The notes beneath the pieces are model-generated. The model ran no database searches and had not been told where the DNA came from. It saw only the letters and a program-made list of their open reading frames with translations. Positions 1-6,301 of a stretch of 6,301 bases of DNA are shown here, piece by piece. The stretch comes from a virus (lineage: Duplodnaviria; Heunggongvirae; Uroviricota; Caudoviricetes): the IMG/VR virus record IMGVR_UViG_3300029796_000386; one strand, 5' to 3'. Both the position numbers and the translations under genes were made by a program. Position 1 is the first letter of the stretch, and each line of letters begins with the position of its first letter.

Positions 1-1
1 G

Positions 2-922
2 TCGCGGAACCTGATTTTGTCTGCCATTTGCGGCCAGGTCGCAACACCATTTTATGCCGATGTCTTTATCGCTCATTTTGGCCCTGCGGGGGTAATCGCA
101 GCAAAACTACGGGAACTGGGTATCATTCGCGGCAAAATCGCTACTATCTTCCACGGCATTGATATCTCCAGTCGGGAAGTGCTCAACCACTACACTCCCG
201 AATATCAGCAACTGTTCCGCCGTGGCGACCTGATGCTACCGATCAGCGATCTGTGGGCCGGAAGGCTGCAAAAAATGGGCTGCCCGAGGGAAAAAATCGC
301 CGTATCGCGCATGGGCGTGGACATGACGCGCTTTAGCCCGCGTCCGGTGAAAGCGCCTGCAACGCCGCTGGAAATCATTTCCGTCGCACGCTTAACCGAG
401 AAAAAAGGCCTGCATGTGGCGATTGAAGCCTGCCGTCAGTTGAAAGAGCAGGGCGTGGCATTTCGCTATCGCATCCTCGGCATTGGTCCGTGGGAACGAC
501 GCCTGCGCACCCTCATCGAACAATATCAACTGGAAGATGTGGTGGAGATGCCGGGCTTTAAACCGAGCCATGAAGTGAAAGAGATGCTCGATGACGCGGA
601 TGTCTTCCTGTTGCCATCGGTTACGGGTGCGGATGGCGATATGGAAGGTATTCCGGTGGCGCTAATGGAAGCGATGGCGGTCGGTATTCCGGTGGTTTCT
701 ACTCTGCATAGCGGAATTCCTGAACTGGTGGAGGCTGACAAATCCGGCTGGCTGGTGCCTGAGAACGATGCTCGAGCACTGGCGCAACGACTGGCGGCGT
801 TTAGCCAACTGGACACCGACGAACTGGCTCCGGTCGTCAAACGCGCGCGCGAAAAAGTCGAACACGATTTTAACCAGCAGGTGATCAATCGAGAACTCGC
901 CAGCTTGCTGCAAGCTTTATAG
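2..922 (+). CDS. wcaL: Colanic acid biosynthesis glycosyltransferase WcaL, 5'-truncated at the window edge (C-terminal ~306 aa)
   Basis: The reading frame is open from the window start with no in-frame stop before TAG at 920-922; the TTG at 17 in the ORF track is only the first start-like codon, not the true start. The translation carries the GT-B/GT4 signature ([18 protein letters not shown], the E-x7-E motif) and matches my recollection of the WcaL C-terminus (...[16 protein letters not shown]). It sits immediately upstream of wcaM, as in the cps cluster. Confidence 0.88.
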   Translation, partial: SRNLILSAICGQVATPFYADVFIAHFGPAGVIAAKLRELGIIRGKIATIFHGIDISSREVLNHYTPEYQQLFRRGDLMLPISDLWAGRLQKMGCPREKIAVSRMGVDMTRFSPRPVKAPATPLEIISVARLTEKKGLHVAIEACRQLKEQGVAFRYRILGIGPWERRLRTLIEQYQLEDVVEMPGFKPSHEVKEMLDDADVFLLPSVTGADGDMEGIPVALMEAMAVGIPVVSTLHSGIPELVEADKSGWLVPENDARALAQRLAAFSQLDTDELAPVVKRAREKVEHDFNQQVINRELASLLQAL

Positions 923-927
923 AGGAG
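922..927 (+). promoter_or_regulatory. Shine-Dalgarno sequence (GAGGAG) for wcaM
   Basis: GAGGAG lies 5 nt upstream of the ATG at 933 and overlaps the wcaL stop codon, consistent with tight translational coupling. Confidence 0.7.
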
Positions 928-932
928 AACGC

Positions 933-1016
933 ATGCCATTTAAAAAACTCTCCCGACGCAACTTCCTGACGGCAAGCTCGGCGCTTGCCTTCCTCCATAC
1001 GCCTTTCGCCCGTGCA
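933..1016 (+). other. Twin-arginine (Tat) signal peptide of WcaM, with predicted AxA cleavage after ARA (residue 28)
   Basis: S-R-R-N-F-L-T fits the Tat consensus S/T-R-R-x-F-L-K. It is followed by a hydrophobic h-region (ASSALAFL) and an A-R-A signal-peptidase site before IPAQQ. Confidence 0.8.
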
Positions 1017-2327
1017 ATTCCCGCTCAACAAAGCGTTAACATTAACGACTACAACCCTCACGACTGGATCGCCTCATTTAAACAAGCCTTCAGCGAAGGG
1101 CAAACGGTCGTCGTGCCCGCCGGATTGGTTTGTGACAATATCAACACCGGCATCTTCATTCCTCCTGGCAAAACGTTACACATCCTTGGAAGCCTGCGCG
1201 GCAACGGCAGAGGGCGATTTGTCTTACAGGATGGCAGCCAGGTGACAGGGGAGGGGGGCGGCAGTATGCATAACATCACCCTGGATGTGCGCGGCTCTGA
1301 CTGCACCATCAAAGGGCTGGCGATGAGCGGCTTTGGTCCGGTAACGCAGATTTATATCGGCGGCAAAAACAAACGGGTCATGCGTAACCTGACCATCGAT
1401 AACCTCACCGTTAGCCACGCTAATTACGCCATCTTACGCCAGGGATTTCATAACCAGATTATCGGTGCCAACATCACCAATTGTAAGTTCAGCGACTTAC
1501 AGGGCGACGCCATTGAATGGAACGTGGCAATTAACGACCGTGATATTTTGATATCTGACCATGTCATCGAGCGCATCAACTGTACTAACGGCAAAATCAA
1601 TTGGGGCATTGGCATAGGTCTTGCGGGGAGTACTTACGATAACAACTACCCGGAAGACCAGGCAGTGAAAAACTTTGTCGTGGCGAATATCACCGGATCG
1701 GACTGTCGACAGTTGATCCATGTTGAAAATGGGAAACATTTTGTTATCTGTAATATCAAAGCCCGCAATATCACGCCGGATTTCAGTAAGAAAGCAGGCA
1801 TTGATAACGCGACAGTCGCTATTTACGGTTGTGATAATTTCGTGATTGATAATATTGAAATGATTAATAGTGCCGGGATGTTAATCGGCTATGGGGTAAT
1901 TAAAGGCAAATATCTCTCGATACCACAAAATTTCCGAGTGAATAATATTCAACTGGATAACATCCATCTTGCTTATAAATTGCGCGGTATCCAAATCTCC
2001 GCCGGGAATGCTGTCTCCTTTGTGGCGCTGACTAACATTGAGATGAAGCGTGCGTCGCTGGAGTTACACAACAAACCGCAACACCTTTTTATGCGAAATA
2101 TCAAGGTGATGCAGGAATCCTCAGTTGGACCAGCATTGAGTATGAACTTTGACATGCGCAAAGACGTTCGTGGTGTTTTTATGGCGAAAAAAGAAACACT
2201 GCTGTCTCTTGCAAATGTTCATGCCGTGAATGAAAAAGGGCAAAGCTCCGTCGAGATCGACAGGATTAATCACCATATTGTTAATGTGGAAAAGATTAAC
2301 TTTAGATTGCCGGAACGGAGGGAGTAG
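933..2327 (+). CDS. wcaM: Colanic acid biosynthesis protein WcaM (464 aa), predicted Tat-exported right-handed beta-helix protein
   Basis: 464-aa ORF with a strong RBS. The N-terminus [28 protein letters not shown] matches the WcaM start as I recall it. The body shows repeated N-I-T / N-L-T / D-N-I segments ([65 protein letters not shown]) typical of the asparagine ladder of a parallel beta-helix (pectin-lyase-like fold). It is the last gene of the cps/wca cluster by position. Confidence 0.92.
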   Translation: MPFKKLSRRNFLTASSALAFLHTPFARAIPAQQSVNINDYNPHDWIASFKQAFSEGQTVVVPAGLVCDNINTGIFIPPGKTLHILGSLRGNGRGRFVLQDGSQVTGEGGGSMHNITLDVRGSDCTIKGLAMSGFGPVTQIYIGGKNKRVMRNLTIDNLTVSHANYAILRQGFHNQIIGANITNCKFSDLQGDAIEWNVAINDRDILISDHVIERINCTNGKINWGIGIGLAGSTYDNNYPEDQAVKNFVVANITGSDCRQLIHVENGKHFVICNIKARNITPDFSKKAGIDNATVAIYGCDNFVIDNIEMINSAGMLIGYGVIKGKYLSIPQNFRVNNIQLDNIHLAYKLRGIQISAGNAVSFVALTNIEMKRASLELHNKPQHLFMRNIKVMQESSVGPALSMNFDMRKDVRGVFMAKKETLLSLANVHAVNEKGQSSVEIDRINHHIVNVEKINFRLPERRE

Positions 2328-2484
2328 ATTTGCGACCATTCATAAACTTACTGGATATAATGTTCTAAAAGATTATAATCCTCACACTAACTGTTAAAGC
2401 TGGGGCTGGGCAGCATTGACTACTCAGGGAAGGTACTCATCTTTATCTTGTGTTTCTTACGTAACAACCAGACTAAAGTGATTT

Positions 2485-3480
2485 ATGAACGATAACGTTT
2501 TGCTCATAGGAGCTTCCGGATTCGTAGGAACCCGACTACTTGAAACGGCAATTGCTGACTTTAATATCAAGAACCTGGACAAACAGCAGAGCCACTTTTA
2601 TCCAGAAATCACACAGATTGGCGATGTTCGTGATCAACAGACACTCGACCAGGCGTTAGCCGGTTTTGACACTGTTGTACTACTGGCAGCGGAACACCGC
2701 GATGATGTCAGCCCTACTTCTCTCTATTATGATGTCAACGTTCAGGGTACCCGCAATGTGCTGGCGGCCATGGAAAAAAATGGCGTTAAAAATATCATCT
2801 TTACCAGTTCCGTTGCTGTTTATGGTTTGAACAAACATAACCCTGACGAAAACCATCCACACGACCCTTTCAACCACTACGGCAAAAGTAAGTGGCAGGC
2901 AGAGGAGGTGCTGCGTGAATGGTATAACAAAGCACCAACAGAACGTTCATTAACCATCATCCGTCCTACCGTTATCTTCGGTGAACGCAACCGCGGTAAC
3001 GTCTATAACTTGCTGAAACAGATCGCTGGCGGCAAGTTTATGATGGTGGGCGCAGGGACTAACTATAAGTCCATGGCTTATGTTGGAAACATTGTTGAGT
3101 TTATTAAGTACAAACTGAAGAATGTTGCCGCAGGTTATGAGGTTTATAACTACGTTGATAAGCCAGACCTGAACATGAACCAGTTGGTTGCTGAAGTTGA
3201 ACAAAGCCTGAACAAAAAGATCCCTTCTATGCACTTGCCTTACCCACTAGGAATGCTGGGTGGATATTGCTTTGATATCCTGAGCAAAATTACGGGCAAA
3301 AAATACGCTGTCAGCTCTGTGCGCGTGAAAAAATTCTGCGCAACTACACAGTTTGACGCAACGAAAGTGCATTCTTCAGGTTTTGTGGCACCGTATACGC
3401 TGTCGCAAGGTCTGGATCGAACTCTGCAGTATGAATTCGTCCATGCCAAAAAAGACGACATAACGTTTGTTTCTGAGTAA
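2485..3480 (+). CDS. gne: NAD-dependent sugar epimerase of the SDR family, Gne-type UDP-GlcNAc/UDP-GalNAc 4-epimerase (331 aa)
   Basis: N-terminal Rossmann motif LLIGASGFVG (GxxGxxG) and a catalytic YxxxK (Y-G-K-S-K). The 331-aa length and the MNDNVLLIGASGFVGTRLLE... start match the gne/Z3206-type gene that I recall lying between wcaM and galF in E. coli strains with GalNAc-containing O-antigens. The position between wcaM and galF fits that arrangement. The Shine-Dalgarno is weak (AAAGTGA). Confidence 0.85.
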   Translation: MNDNVLLIGASGFVGTRLLETAIADFNIKNLDKQQSHFYPEITQIGDVRDQQTLDQALAGFDTVVLLAAEHRDDVSPTSLYYDVNVQGTRNVLAAMEKNGVKNIIFTSSVAVYGLNKHNPDENHPHDPFNHYGKSKWQAEEVLREWYNKAPTERSLTIIRPTVIFGERNRGNVYNLLKQIAGGKFMMVGAGTNYKSMAYVGNIVEFIKYKLKNVAAGYEVYNYVDKPDLNMNQLVAEVEQSLNKKIPSMHLPYPLGMLGGYCFDILSKITGKKYAVSSVRVKKFCATTQFDATKVHSSGFVAPYTLSQGLDRTLQYEFVHAKKDDITFVSE

Positions 3481-3564
3481 TGCAGACGAGTCAGAGAAAA
3501 AAGGACCAGGTTGGACTACGATTATTCGGAAAGAGGTACTGATTAAATTATCTGTATGTGGATT

Positions 3565-3582
3565 TCCGAGTAATCCGAGTAA
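3565..3582. repeat. Perfect tandem direct repeat, 2 x 9 bp (TCCGAGTAA TCCGAGTAA), in the gne-galF intergenic region
   Basis: Read directly from the sequence at 3565-3573 and 3574-3582; the units are identical. Confidence 0.9.
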
Positions 3583-3722
3583 CCCAGATGCTGATGGTGT
3601 GTAGTGTTATCGTAAGGTTTAATCAAAGTTATGCGGAGCTAAGCTTTGGTATATAGCCATAACGTTTGGCTAACCTATGGCAATAATTTACGCACTATCA
3701 GCCACTTAGAGGTAGGAAAAGA

Positions 3723-4616
3723 ATGACGAATTTAAAAGCAGTTATACCGGTAGCAGGTCTTGGGATGCATATGTTGCCTGCCACTAAGGCGATTCCCAAA
3801 GAGATGCTACCGATCGTCGACAAACCAATGATTCAGTACATTGTAGACGAGATTGTGGCTGCAGGGATCAAAGAAATCCTCCTGGTAACTCACGCGTCCA
3901 AGAACGCGGTCGAAAACCACTTCGACACCTCTTATGAATTAGAATCTCTCCTTGAACTGCGCGTGAAGCGTCAACTGCTGGCGGAAGTACAGTCCATTTG
4001 CCCGCCGGGCGTGACCATCATGAACGTGCGTCAGGGCGAACCTTTAGGTTTGGGCCACTCCATCTTGTGTGCACGACCTGCCATTGGTGACAACCCATTT
4101 GTCGTGGTACTGCCAGACGTTGTAATCGACGACGCCAGCGCTGACCCGCTGCGCTATAACCTTGCTGCCATGATTGCGCGCTTCAATGAAACGGGACGCA
4201 GCCAGGTGCTGGCAAAACGTATGCCGGGCGATCTCTCTGAATACTCCGTCATTCAGACCAAAGAACCGCTGGATCGTGAAGGTAAAGTCAGCCGCATTGT
4301 TGAATTCATAGAAAAACCGGATCAGCCACAGACGCTGGACTCAGACATTATGGCCGTTGGTCGCTATGTGCTTTCTGCCGATATTTGGCCGGAACTGGAA
4401 CGCACTCAGCCAGGTGCATGGGGACGTATCCAACTGACTGATGCCATTGCCGAACTGGCGAAAAAACAGTCCGTTGATGCCATGCTGATGACTGGTGACA
4501 GCTACGACTGCGGTAAAAAAATGGGCTATATGCAGGCGTTCGTGAAGTATGGCCTACGCAACCTGAAAGAAGGGGCGAAGTTCCGTAAAGGGATTGAGAA
4601 GCTGTTAAGCGAATAA
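3723..4616 (+). CDS. galF: GalF, UTP-glucose-1-phosphate uridylyltransferase paralog (regulatory, low-activity GalU homolog), 297 aa
   Basis: 297-aa ORF whose translation matches E. coli GalF essentially along its whole length as I recall it ([74 protein letters not shown]...). It has GalF-specific G-M-H-M in place of the GalU G-T-R-M active-site motif. RBS AGGTAGGA lies upstream of the ATG. Confidence 0.95.
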   Translation: MTNLKAVIPVAGLGMHMLPATKAIPKEMLPIVDKPMIQYIVDEIVAAGIKEILLVTHASKNAVENHFDTSYELESLLELRVKRQLLAEVQSICPPGVTIMNVRQGEPLGLGHSILCARPAIGDNPFVVVLPDVVIDDASADPLRYNLAAMIARFNETGRSQVLAKRMPGDLSEYSVIQTKEPLDREGKVSRIVEFIEKPDQPQTLDSDIMAVGRYVLSADIWPELERTQPGAWGRIQLTDAIAELAKKQSVDAMLMTGDSYDCGKKMGYMQAFVKYGLRNLKEGAKFRKGIEKLLSE

Positions 4617-4874
4617 TGAAAATCTGACCGAATGTAACGGTTGATAAGAAAATTATAACGGCGGTGAAGATTCGTGGCGAAAGTAATTTGTTTCGAATAT
4701 TCCTGCCGTTATTTTATATAAACAATCAGAATAACAACGAGTTAGCAATAGGATTTTAGTCAAAGTTTTCTAGGATTTCCCTTGTTTCCAGAGCGGATTG
4801 GTAAGACAATTAGCGTTTGAATTTTTCGGGTTTAGCGCGAGTAGGTAACGCTCGTCACATCGTAGACATGTATG

Positions 4875-4913
4875 CAGTGCTCTGGTAGCTGTAAAGCCAG
4901 GGGCGGTAGCGTG
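4875..4913 (+). promoter_or_regulatory. JUMPstart element (39 bp) upstream of the O-antigen gene cluster
   Basis: CAGTGCTCTGGTAGCTGTAAAGCCAGGGGCGGTAGCGTG matches the 39-bp JUMPstart consensus found in the 5' untranslated leader of polysaccharide operons, with one or two mismatches to the consensus as I recall it. It sits 76 nt upstream of rmlB in the galF-rmlB intergenic region, the expected position. Confidence 0.88.
4902..4913 (+). promoter_or_regulatory. ops (operon polarity suppressor) element, GGCGGTAGCGTG, the RfaH recruitment site
   Basis: Exact ops core GGCGGTAG followed by CGTG, located inside the JUMPstart. In the transcribed non-template strand this recruits the RfaH antiterminator. 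Confidence 0.88.
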
Positions 4914-4988
4914 CATTAATACCTCTATTAATCAAACTGAGAGCCGCTTATTTCACAGCATGCTCTGAAGTAATATGGAATAAATTAA

Positions 4989-6074
4989 GTGAAAATACTT
5001 GTTACTGGTGGCGCAGGATTTATTGGTTCTGCTGTAGTTCGTCACATTATAAATAATACGCAGGATAGTGTTGTTAATGTCGATAAATTAACGTACGCCG
5101 GAAACCTGGAATCACTTGCAGATGTTTCTGATTCTGAACGCTATGTTTTTGAACATGCGGATATTTGTGATGCAGCTGCAATGGCACGGATTTTTGCTCA
5201 GCATCAGCCGGATGCAGTGATGCACCTGGCTGCTGAAAGCCATGTTGACCGTTCAATTACAGGCCCTGCGGCATTTATTGAAACCAATATTGTTGGTACT
5301 TATGTCCTTTTGGAAGCTGCTCGGAATTACTGGTCTGCTCTTGATGGCGACAAGAAAAATAGCTTCCGTTTTCATCATATTTCTACTGACGAAGTCTATG
5401 GTGATTTGCCTCATCCAGATGAAGTAAATAATACAGAAGAATTACCCTTATTTACTGAGACAACAGCTTACGCACCAAGCAGCCCTTATTCTGCATCAAA
5501 AGCTTCCAGCGATCATTTAGTCCGTGCGTGGAAACGTACCTATGGTTTACCGACCATTGTGACTAATTGCTCTAACAATTATGGTCCTTATCATTTCCCG
5601 GAAAAATTGATTCCATTGGTTATTCTCAATGCTCTGGAAGGTAAAGGATTACCTATTTATGGTAAAGGGGATCAAATTCGCGACTGGCTGTATGTTGAAG
5701 ATCATGCGCGTGCGTTATATACCGTCGTAACCGAAGGTAAAGCGGGTGAAACTTATAACATTGGTGGACACAACGAAAAGAAAAACATCGATGTAGTGCT
5801 CACTATTTGTGATTTGTTGGATGAGATTGTACCGAAAGAGAAATCTTATCGTGAGCAAATCACTTATGTTGCCGATCGTCCGGGACACGATCGCCGTTAT
5901 GCGATTGATGCTGAGAAGATTGGTAGCGAATTGGGATGGAAACCACAGGAAACGTTTGAGAGCGGGATTCGTAAAACGGTGGAATGGTACCTGGCTAATG
6001 CAAAATGGGTTGAGAATGTGAAAAGTGGTGCCTATCAATCGTGGATTGAACAGAACTATGAGGGCCGCAAGTAA
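4989..6074 (+). CDS. rmlB: dTDP-glucose 4,6-dehydratase (RmlB/RfbB), 361 aa, GTG start
   Basis: Translation [43 protein letters not shown]... shows the Rossmann GxxGxxG (TGGAGFIGS) and catalytic YxxxK (Y-S-A-S-K). It is near-identical to E. coli RfbB as I recall it, including the GTG initiation codon. It is the first gene after the JUMPstart. Confidence 0.95.
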   Translation: MKILVTGGAGFIGSAVVRHIINNTQDSVVNVDKLTYAGNLESLADVSDSERYVFEHADICDAAAMARIFAQHQPDAVMHLAAESHVDRSITGPAAFIETNIVGTYVLLEAARNYWSALDGDKKNSFRFHHISTDEVYGDLPHPDEVNNTEELPLFTETTAYAPSSPYSASKASSDHLVRAWKRTYGLPTIVTNCSNNYGPYHFPEKLIPLVILNALEGKGLPIYGKGDQIRDWLYVEDHARALYTVVTEGKAGETYNIGGHNEKKNIDVVLTICDLLDEIVPKEKSYREQITYVADRPGHDRRYAIDAEKIGSELGWKPQETFESGIRKTVEWYLANAKWVENVKSGAYQSWIEQNYEGRK

Positions 6075-6301
6075 TGAATATCCTCCTTTTCGGCAAAACA
6101 GGGCAGGTAGGTTGGGAACTACAGCGTTCTCTTGCTCCTCTGGGTAACTTGATTGCTCTTGATGTTCACTCCACTGATTATTGTGGCGATTTCAGCAACC
6201 CAGAAGGTGTGGCTGAAACCGTCAAAAAAATTCGCCCAGATGTTATTGTTAATGCTGCGGCTCATACCGCAGTAGATAAAGCTGAGTCAGAACCCGAATT
6301 T
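6074..6301 (+). CDS. rmlD: dTDP-4-dehydrorhamnose reductase (RmlD/RfbD), 5' part only (76 codons), running off the window end
   Basis: The ATG at 6074 overlaps the rmlB stop codon (TAATG). The manual translation [76 protein letters not shown] matches the RmlD N-terminus as I recall it. GAGG lies about 10 nt upstream. It is absent from the ORF track only because no stop codon falls within the window. Confidence 0.9.
   Translation, partial: MNILLFGKTGQVGWELQRSLAPLGNLIALDVHSTDYCGDFSNPEGVAETVKKIRPDVIVNAAAHTAVDKAESEPEF

Noticed and set aside
662-913. 83-aa ORF on the minus strand inside wcaL
   Set aside because: Antisense to wcaL, Arg/His-rich nonsense composition, no start context.
526-939. 137-aa ORF on the minus strand, antisense to wcaL and overlapping the wcaM start
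   Set aside because: It lies entirely antisense to a well-supported glycosyltransferase gene. The translation is low-complexity (Ser/Thr/Ala-rich) with no recognisable motif and no RBS. It is a typical spurious antisense ORF in a GC-rich coding region.
985-1418. Three short ORFs overlapping the wcaM 5' region (985-1245 on +, 1058-1312 and 1224-1418 on -)
   Set aside because: All are nested in or antisense to wcaM in other frames. Their translations are compositionally biased with no domain signatures, so they are frame-shadow ORFs.
1497-2339. Three minus-strand ORFs within wcaM (1497-1739, 1973-2161, 2121-2339)
   Set aside because: Antisense to the beta-helix coding region; short, with no RBS and no recognisable protein features.
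2330-2379. Possible sigma70 promoter for gne (TTGCGA at 2330-2335 with TATAAT at 2356-2361, plus a second TATAAT at 2374-2379)
   Set aside because: The spacing between the -35-like and first -10-like hexamers is about 20 bp, which is too long, and the second TATAAT has no good -35. AT-rich spacers generate such hexamers by chance, so I do not assert it as a feature. gne may instead be co-transcribed with wcaM or use another start.
2680-3461. Three minus-strand ORFs within gne (2680-2877, 2950-3234, 3240-3461)
   Set aside because: Antisense to a well-supported SDR epimerase gene. AT-rich coding sequence readily produces open antisense frames.
3481-3722. Search for a galF promoter in the gne-galF spacer (for example TATATA at 3650-3655)
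   Set aside because: No convincing -35 at 16-18 bp spacing could be identified by eye. A promoter is likely somewhere here but cannot be placed from sequence alone.
5074-6038. Four small ORFs overlapping rmlB (5074-5256 on -, 5242-5427 on +, 5715-6038 on -, 5809-6021 on +)
   Set aside because: All are out of frame with or antisense to rmlB, whose identity is very secure, and none has a domain signature. The 107-aa antisense ORF is the longest but is Ile/Phe/Asn-rich, as expected from AT-rich antisense sequence.
1-6301. Looked for CRISPR arrays, tRNA or rRNA genes, IS elements or transposase fragments, integrases, long inverted repeats, and toxin-antitoxin or defence-system gene pairs
   Set aside because: None found. 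All long ORFs are on one strand and correspond to known polysaccharide-biosynthesis genes. I saw no repeat-spacer periodicity, no tRNA-like cloverleaf candidates and no terminal inverted repeats. The window therefore reads as a conserved, previously described locus rather than a novel system.

Overview
This window reads as the well-known junction between the colanic-acid capsule cluster and the O-antigen cluster of an Escherichia coli-type enterobacterial chromosome; I do not see an undescribed system in it. All genes are on the + strand: the 3' part of wcaL (GT4 glycosyltransferase), wcaM (Tat-signal beta-helix protein), an inserted gne-type NAD-dependent sugar epimerase, galF, a 372-bp AT-rich intergenic region carrying the 39-bp JUMPstart element with its ops site, then rmlB and the 5' end of rmlD. 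The window ends before the serotype-specific O-antigen genes. Identifications rest on reading the supplied translations and recalling the protein families; no database search was run, and all composition statements are visual estimates. The points most worth a second look are the gne insertion, the WcaM Tat signal plus beta-helix architecture, a perfect 9-bp tandem duplication upstream of galF, and the compositional mosaicism of gne and rmlB.
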